Shown: in pieces, positions 24,001 to 27,153 of the stretch | Layout of the letters: each line of letters starts with the position of its first letter | Numbering within the stretch: position 1 is the stretch's first letter | Source of the DNA: a virus | Lineage: Duplodnaviria; Caudoviricetes | DNA: 27,153 nt | IMG/VR virus record: IMGVR_UViG_3300030207_000144 | Span: 1-27,153 of that record | Reading direction: 5' to 3' (one strand) | Translations under genes and position numbers: made by a program | The notes under the pieces: generated by a model | The model's input: only the letters and a program-made list of their open reading frames with translations | The model's database searches: none | Told to the model about the DNA's origin: nothing

Positions 24001-25586
24001 TCAGCCTGCAACATTGCTTCGATCTCAGCGATCTCGGCATCGTCGATCTCCATCTTGTCCAGACGGTCAACCATATCTTCTTGTACGGGGATAGGTTGCG
24101 GTGGAGTTGGCTTAGGCTCGTCTCTAATGCCTTCTCGCTGCGGTACTCGTTCTGCCCCTTCTGACTCTAGCTGACCACGCAGTGCGGCCTCTGGGCGAGC
24201 CTCTCTCGCTTCTTCTAGTTCACGTGGAAACAAGTCAGGCTGTGCGGCTTCAGCCGATGCCTGCTCAAACTTACGTTCGTCATCACGTTCTGCTGCTGCC
24301 AGTGCACGAGCCTCTAGCGATGCCGCTTCTGTCTCACGTGCTTCTTCGTCAGTACGTGTAGGTTCAGTGACCTCAACTTCGACTTCTTCTACGTCGCTTG
24401 TAGATTCGGTCGCGGATTGCCTCGCCGTTTTACCGCGAACAAAAAAGTCTGCAACGGCTTGTACAATAACGCCGGTACCACCACCAACAATAGCTTCGTC
24501 AATAATGCCTGCGTCAAGTAATTCTTTTTCGGCGTTGTACCCACGCTCATTAAGGTTCTGTAAGAATGCGGCACTAGCTTCTTGCGCAGCTTCTGCACCA
24601 CCAGTAGTCAACGCGCTACGAATTCGGTTACCACCTTCACGTACAGTTTTACCGCCAATTTTTTTAGCTAACTTAGTAAAACCCGGAATTCTAAGAATAC
24701 GCGCTAAAGGTATAACTTCTAACGAACCAATTGCCGCGCCTCTAAGCGTAGCCGCTGATCGTTCTTCTTCTGTAGCCCCCGCAGCACGTGCGCGTTCACT
24801 TGCTTCACCAGCACCCGCGCCAATACCAACAGCACCAGCACCAATTAAACCTGCAATACCAGTCCCAAGTGCACCTACACCAAGTGCACCGGCACCATAC
24901 GCAGTACCGGCAGCAACACCGAGTGCACCAGCAACAGAACCAAGACCAGAGGCTATCTGGTAAGACAGCGCATCTTGATCCCCACCTTCAGGACGTAAGA
25001 AGTCAGCGGCAGCTTGTATTTTTTCACGAGCATCAAGTTCAGCGTCTTCATCAAGTAACGCTGCTCCACCGAGAGATGCTAGTTCGCCAGTAGTAACAAC
25101 ACCTGAACCAAAGCCCGTTAAAACGTTTTCAATGAAACCTGACTCTTCATCACTGGACCGTCTAAGGTTTCGCAGTTGTGTGTAAAAGTCTTCTTGTTGA
25201 TTCTCAGGGGACGGGGTTGTGCTCTGCGTAGCCATACCACGTTGAAGCATTTGTTCAAGAACACGAACGTCTTCTGTGCGCCCTGCTTTATTTGCGTTTA
25301 TAAGAGCTTGTTCGATTTGCTCTTGCGTTACCGTCGATTGAACTGTTTGTTGCAATTTGTTTGACGCAGTTTTTTTAAGCTGCGGCAAAGCAGGTACATC
25401 GTCTAATTTTTTATTTTCAAGGGCATTTATAATAGATTGAATACGTAATTGTCTATCAGGGCCAAAATCCGCCGCCCTATTCATTCGCTCCCGAAACTTA
25501 GGGTCAAGATTGTAATCAATCCCATAATCTTGTTTATAGGCTTGAATGACGCGTTCTAATTGTTCTTCACTAGGAGTGCGATACAT
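18036..25586 (-). CDS. large polyvalent / internal virion (ejection) protein with ART-like and zincin domains
   Basis: 2516-aa ORF. It has an N-terminal Gly/Ala hydrophobic segment, a low-complexity linker, an ART-like signature (VYHGS...LYFS...GYDGIM...EYVAF), LLHEATH...EFVAE and a helical C-terminal region. Confidence 0.85.
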   Translation of the reverse strand: MYRTPSEEQLERVIQAYKQDYGIDYNLDPKFRERMNRAADFGPDRQLRIQSIINALENKKLDDVPALPQLKKTASNKLQQTVQSTVTQEQIEQALINANKAGRTEDVRVLEQMLQRGMATQSTTPSPENQQEDFYTQLRNLRRSSDEESGFIENVLTGFGSGVVTTGELASLGGAALLDEDAELDAREKIQAAADFLRPEGGDQDALSYQIASGLGSVAGALGVAAGTAYGAGALGVGALGTGIAGLIGAGAVGIGAGAGEASERARAAGATEEERSAATLRGAAIGSLEVIPLARILRIPGFTKLAKKIGGKTVREGGNRIRSALTTGGAEAAQEASAAFLQNLNERGYNAEKELLDAGIIDEAIVGGGTGVIVQAVADFFVRGKTARQSATESTSDVEEVEVEVTEPTRTDEEARETEAASLEARALAAAERDDERKFEQASAEAAQPDLFPRELEEAREARPEAALRGQLESEGAERVPQREGIRDEPKPTPPQPIPVQEDMVDRLDKMEIDDAEIAEIEAMLQADAVAEAELDRVRGRSERETQAAAIKDEARADKMRPREAALEAVIGEPTTGSYVNLEKRFSKELSRRNIAKGERAKPTKRESQRIRRAADAFAGMRPQEQQETKPQEQQETRPQEPLETIESTPEDTQLTDLEARIPERRARASATPSQPSFPGMGRPKTPPVEETPPAPKIVTKEFMDGLGVSPKAPIRKRTEGKDLNDPVIRKQFTDFANNQSVAEQTRLNVARELEGVPEAQLELFQPRRRGRPSATVAPEVRTPPSESVTPTTDRRVAFAENVDSASVNRRAAPTTDRRVAFADNVDSALVDRRTAPITEVPTPPSEEVASETDRRVAQIADKLDSIEAKTTTPTAKTKRSTTTRKQDTTKKSSKTKTASTTRRGKKTTPSQAPKDTASAQLTERFEQLLEPVKQYARQISQTFNETVGKERTTPDDRLKILTLLNDGAAARDKVGKAVITYLGRVPRPIDGLYMAIFDVANTTPQFRKTPDMDQNEVTFFQGMGSKPAQQVLDWAQANLSPEINKWIDETLAQEIREIQRIQSTDYVDMFRQREAKLVAKEAAEQAQVEADMRQDLRTSLEEIAQRSEKNLARGSVYPGLYGLDRTVHPSVETALRFGDLRGALVYLNTFHEMYVDSGKLYLSKPQRRARPLALATKLNEIINDRANLKAAQAATRNSKVKNIVYHGSAKKDITEFKPGDATQGLYFSPRRSLAESYHRSRLAKTAGSKLPGGGFSIETPPKGLEGEGRVYEVMLDIRNPLIIDDLKNMSLLDRIDVALGRKTKLDVKNEKRIEVRERTMSSMLLSKERIAELKSQGYDGIMNENASEYVAFDASQVHMIDSAAGGTRVEIVDNLKNAAGNPVAGLFDPKTNTIKLDSETGMSPHVLLHEATHAATAATLANKSHPLTKQLTKLFEDVKDYLGTAYGAKDVDEFVAEAMSNPEFQAELAAINPDGSKINALQRFYNSVGNFLRKLVGMRPKEIGSAKTAADMLIEGILAPAPKFRNANELAMESTAKGVKEEMKGMGETQKALHQPLTQKFRGEWADGAFDTLSALNQKVAFVLPKLVDSQALSDIAKRADAKLGKLAAEFHELMERQRGSMARADDFVRDQVKVVDKWIASGGTKEKQKNLNDLIYSQEYGATIYQVDPTKPVTEYQGKIDDNGNDLEAIWRAQRDDWEALGADGRKAYLTMRDMYRSLHENLKDAINGRIDIALSKNPDAAAELKKEVFAKLFDSNTLDVYFPLLREGQYKLEFQYKDSAVDAERDKYVFQMFDSKRQRDRVYDALLKDPDVITNTVNRTDGDFKTSDFNNAPSSSFVKQVLDSLSANKVDDKVQAEIMRLFIDALPESSFAKSLQKRKGTPGYMQDAVYAMKSKGFDLARQVEKLKYNALIQNMEVQLNELEQPKDKQFEFDTLREEIKVRMEFAKYGAKQKGLERYVRMFNQLAFVGTIGFNVASAMVQTAQIPMFVMPMLGARYGYQKAYDELMTAASFVTGARGMGETKLDKIALAHGLDAYYDITDNGDFVVKKDEDIPEERLKELERIAPVVRLASERGHLNRSFIFDALGLQEGGRARRTDTLGRKISAAIDYGTGISAMMFNQSERFNRQVTMVASYNLALDRITAENPNMPKAQRQQMAAEEALYDTQEYNGGSTLETAPRVAQEHIGRVAMMYKTYGLRMYYTMLKTAATMLSKESDPAMRKIARNQLIGIHGSSLFFAGVHGIPLYGAFQLMADLLLLGDEEDDFNSIVREYVGEGWYKGAFNQVLDTLEIGADVASRVRLTGLLLQENRYNPNPSAEEAVGYYIGGPALSVAKRTGRGIIDLYNGEIQRGIESIMPVGFSNMYKSVGRYQQDGGIYTRRGDPIYDDMTGGELFAQFFGFAPAEYIRIQENNQRVKGIDIAIANKKSNITKKYYVAARQGDWDALADAKREIAKFNKAHPSFAITLDTLDRSIKQHIKTSETMYNGVTLSPAMRKLAEDHLMGTRNGFMLP
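23011..23248 (-). repeat. 69-bp in-frame tandem repeat (2 full copies plus partial copies)
   Basis: Units at 23072-23140 and 23141-23209 encode TTDRRVAFA(E/D)NVDSA(S/L)V(N/D)RR(A/T)AP. Confidence 0.9.
23661..23717 (-). repeat. 24-bp in-frame tandem repeat
   Basis: Encodes PQEQQETK-PQEQQETR-PQE. Confidence 0.9.
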
Positions 25587-25597
25587 TCTTTGTATAC

Positions 25598-27153
25598 CTA
25601 CTGTGAAGTATTTCTATTTATTACAGCCTGTTCGTTGGGAGATGCTATAACATATCCTGATTGATTACCTACGTAATCTCCTGTTGCACTAGTTGCTCGG
25701 GTTGGTATTGTTACGTTTGTTTTACCTTCTATAATTTGCTCAAGAATAGCCATAGTTTCATTAATTCCTGCCAAATTTATCATTTGTTCCGCTCTTATAT
25801 TGGCCTCCTTTTGTGCTGTTTTAAGAAGTTTCTCTAAGTCAGCTATTTTCTTTTCGTCATCTCCCTCATACGTTTCTAGCATCATAGTTGCTTGCTTAAT
25901 ACGAGGATCGTTAAGCAGGTAGCTTTCCAAAAAGTCTAGTTTGTCCTTGCCAATTTTAGCTAATATGTTACTTGCTTCATTACGGCGATCAGCCGATTCC
26001 AAAGCCTTTCGTAGATCATTGGTGTATTGGATGTTTGCTGCTTGAAGCAGATTTGCTATGTTATTTTTATCAGCCTGAAAATCTAAAGTAGCTTCGTTAA
26101 TAGCAACATTAATATCATCCCTTCGCATACCCTGCATAACTTCTGCTGTTAATTGTCGGTTCCTAATTGCCGACTCTCGTGCATAACGTCCATCAGTCAA
26201 CGCTTGTTTAACTATATCTACATCCATAGTCATAGCAATTTGGTCAATACCAATACGTTTTAATAGGCGCTCGCGCTCTGATTTTTCTTGGCTTTGCCGC
26301 TCTGCTGCCATTGCAGCGGAACCAGCAGCCATAGTTTGTCCAAAACTGCCAGTGCCCGCTGTGCCCCGCAAGAACGCTGACGTTCGTTCTCTACGCAGTT
26401 TATCGGGGTCTTGCTGCCGAGCGTCCATATCCTTGAGGTCTTGAAGATAACCATCAATTCTGCCGCGTTTGTCATCGCGCCCAAACAAACTAAGCGCGTC
26501 AGTTTGTGCTTTAATACCAGCAGCTTCGGGGGTAGTGCTAGTATCAATACCCGCGTCTGCTAACAATTGGGCTGCACCGCTGCCAGCTTGTGATATATTA
26601 ATTTCTGGTCCTGTTAACTTATCCTGTTTGCCATACAAGGCCATAATACCGTCAGGCTCCATAATGTCGTTAGACGTACTTTGAGCACCGTTATTAGACT
26701 GACCCTCCCGCTTAGAAATTTCCCGATTTATTTCTGCATTTTCGGCATCAGAAATGGTATTACTATCTTGTTTTACGTTATTTGGACCGGATGCTGCGGA
26801 CCCCCCCGGTATAGCGGTATCTGGGTTTATTGGACGAAATTCACGAGCTTCCGCATTGGTCATTGCCGCAACATTTCCTTTTCGCGCATCTTCTATCTTA
26901 GCCCTAATTTCATCGTCTGTTAGGGTTGCCGTAGCACGCCCGCCGCTACGGCGATATTGATTAATTTCTGCTTGCGTTACGTTACCGCCGTTAACAAAAG
27001 CTACAATGCCTCCCTCCGCAGCTTTCATCATACGGCGCATAGGGGCTTGTTGTGGTCTTTGCGGTTGACGCATAGCGGCTTGTTGTGGCCTTTGCGGTTG
27101 ACGTTGTGCCAATGCGCCTAAACCAGACTGCATCTGCCGAGGCCCAGCCGCAC
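25598..27153 (-). CDS. putative internal virion protein, 5'-truncated by the window edge
   Basis: The frame stays open beyond ATG 27133 to the edge. AEGGIVAFVNGG motif, Q/A-rich coiled-coil character, directly upstream of the giant protein. Confidence 0.75.
   Translation of the reverse strand, partial: AAGPRQMQSGLGALAQRQPQRPQQAAMRQPQRPQQAPMRRMMKAAEGGIVAFVNGGNVTQAEINQYRRSGGRATATLTDDEIRAKIEDARKGNVAAMTNAEAREFRPINPDTAIPGGSAASGPNNVKQDSNTISDAENAEINREISKREGQSNNGAQSTSNDIMEPDGIMALYGKQDKLTGPEINISQAGSGAAQLLADAGIDTSTTPEAAGIKAQTDALSLFGRDDKRGRIDGYLQDLKDMDARQQDPDKLRRERTSAFLRGTAGTGSFGQTMAAGSAAMAAERQSQEKSERERLLKRIGIDQIAMTMDVDIVKQALTDGRYARESAIRNRQLTAEVMQGMRRDDINVAINEATLDFQADKNNIANLLQAANIQYTNDLRKALESADRRNEASNILAKIGKDKLDFLESYLLNDPRIKQATMMLETYEGDDEKKIADLEKLLKTAQKEANIRAEQMINLAGINETMAILEQIIEGKTNVTIPTRATSATGDYVGNQSGYVIASPNEQAVINRNTSQ
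27036..27103 (-). repeat. 33-bp in-frame tandem repeat
   Basis: Encodes RQPQRPQQA(A/P)M twice. Confidence 0.88.

Overview
This window is about 27 kb of a tailed-phage genome, probably podovirus-like. No RNA polymerase, integrase, tRNA or CRISPR array is visible. The + strand (307-17942) carries an early or host-interaction region driven by near-consensus sigma70 promoters. It includes a DUF3150-like gene, a MoxR-type AAA+ ATPase, a HExxH+vWA protein and many small ORFs. A replication module follows: VRR-NUC, DUF6378-like protein, family A DNA polymerase, Cas4-like nuclease, HNH-like protein, SNF2 helicase, HTH protein, two SSB-like proteins and a primase-helicase. The - strand (18036-27153) encodes two large virion/ejection-type proteins. 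One is a 2516-aa polyvalent protein with an ADP-ribosyltransferase-like domain beside a zincin HExxH domain. The most striking unexplained signal is non-coding. Eight copies of a 17-bp palindrome, GTTAGTG-N3-CACTAAC, have invariant arms and sit at gene boundaries, at the same +19 offset inside two unrelated genes, or around an origin-like region. Other non-coding signals are a candidate ~80-nt sRNA complementary to early-gene ribosome-binding sites, two mutually complementary 5' leaders and a multi-stem intergenic RNA. All family assignments come from motif recognition by eye; no database search was run.
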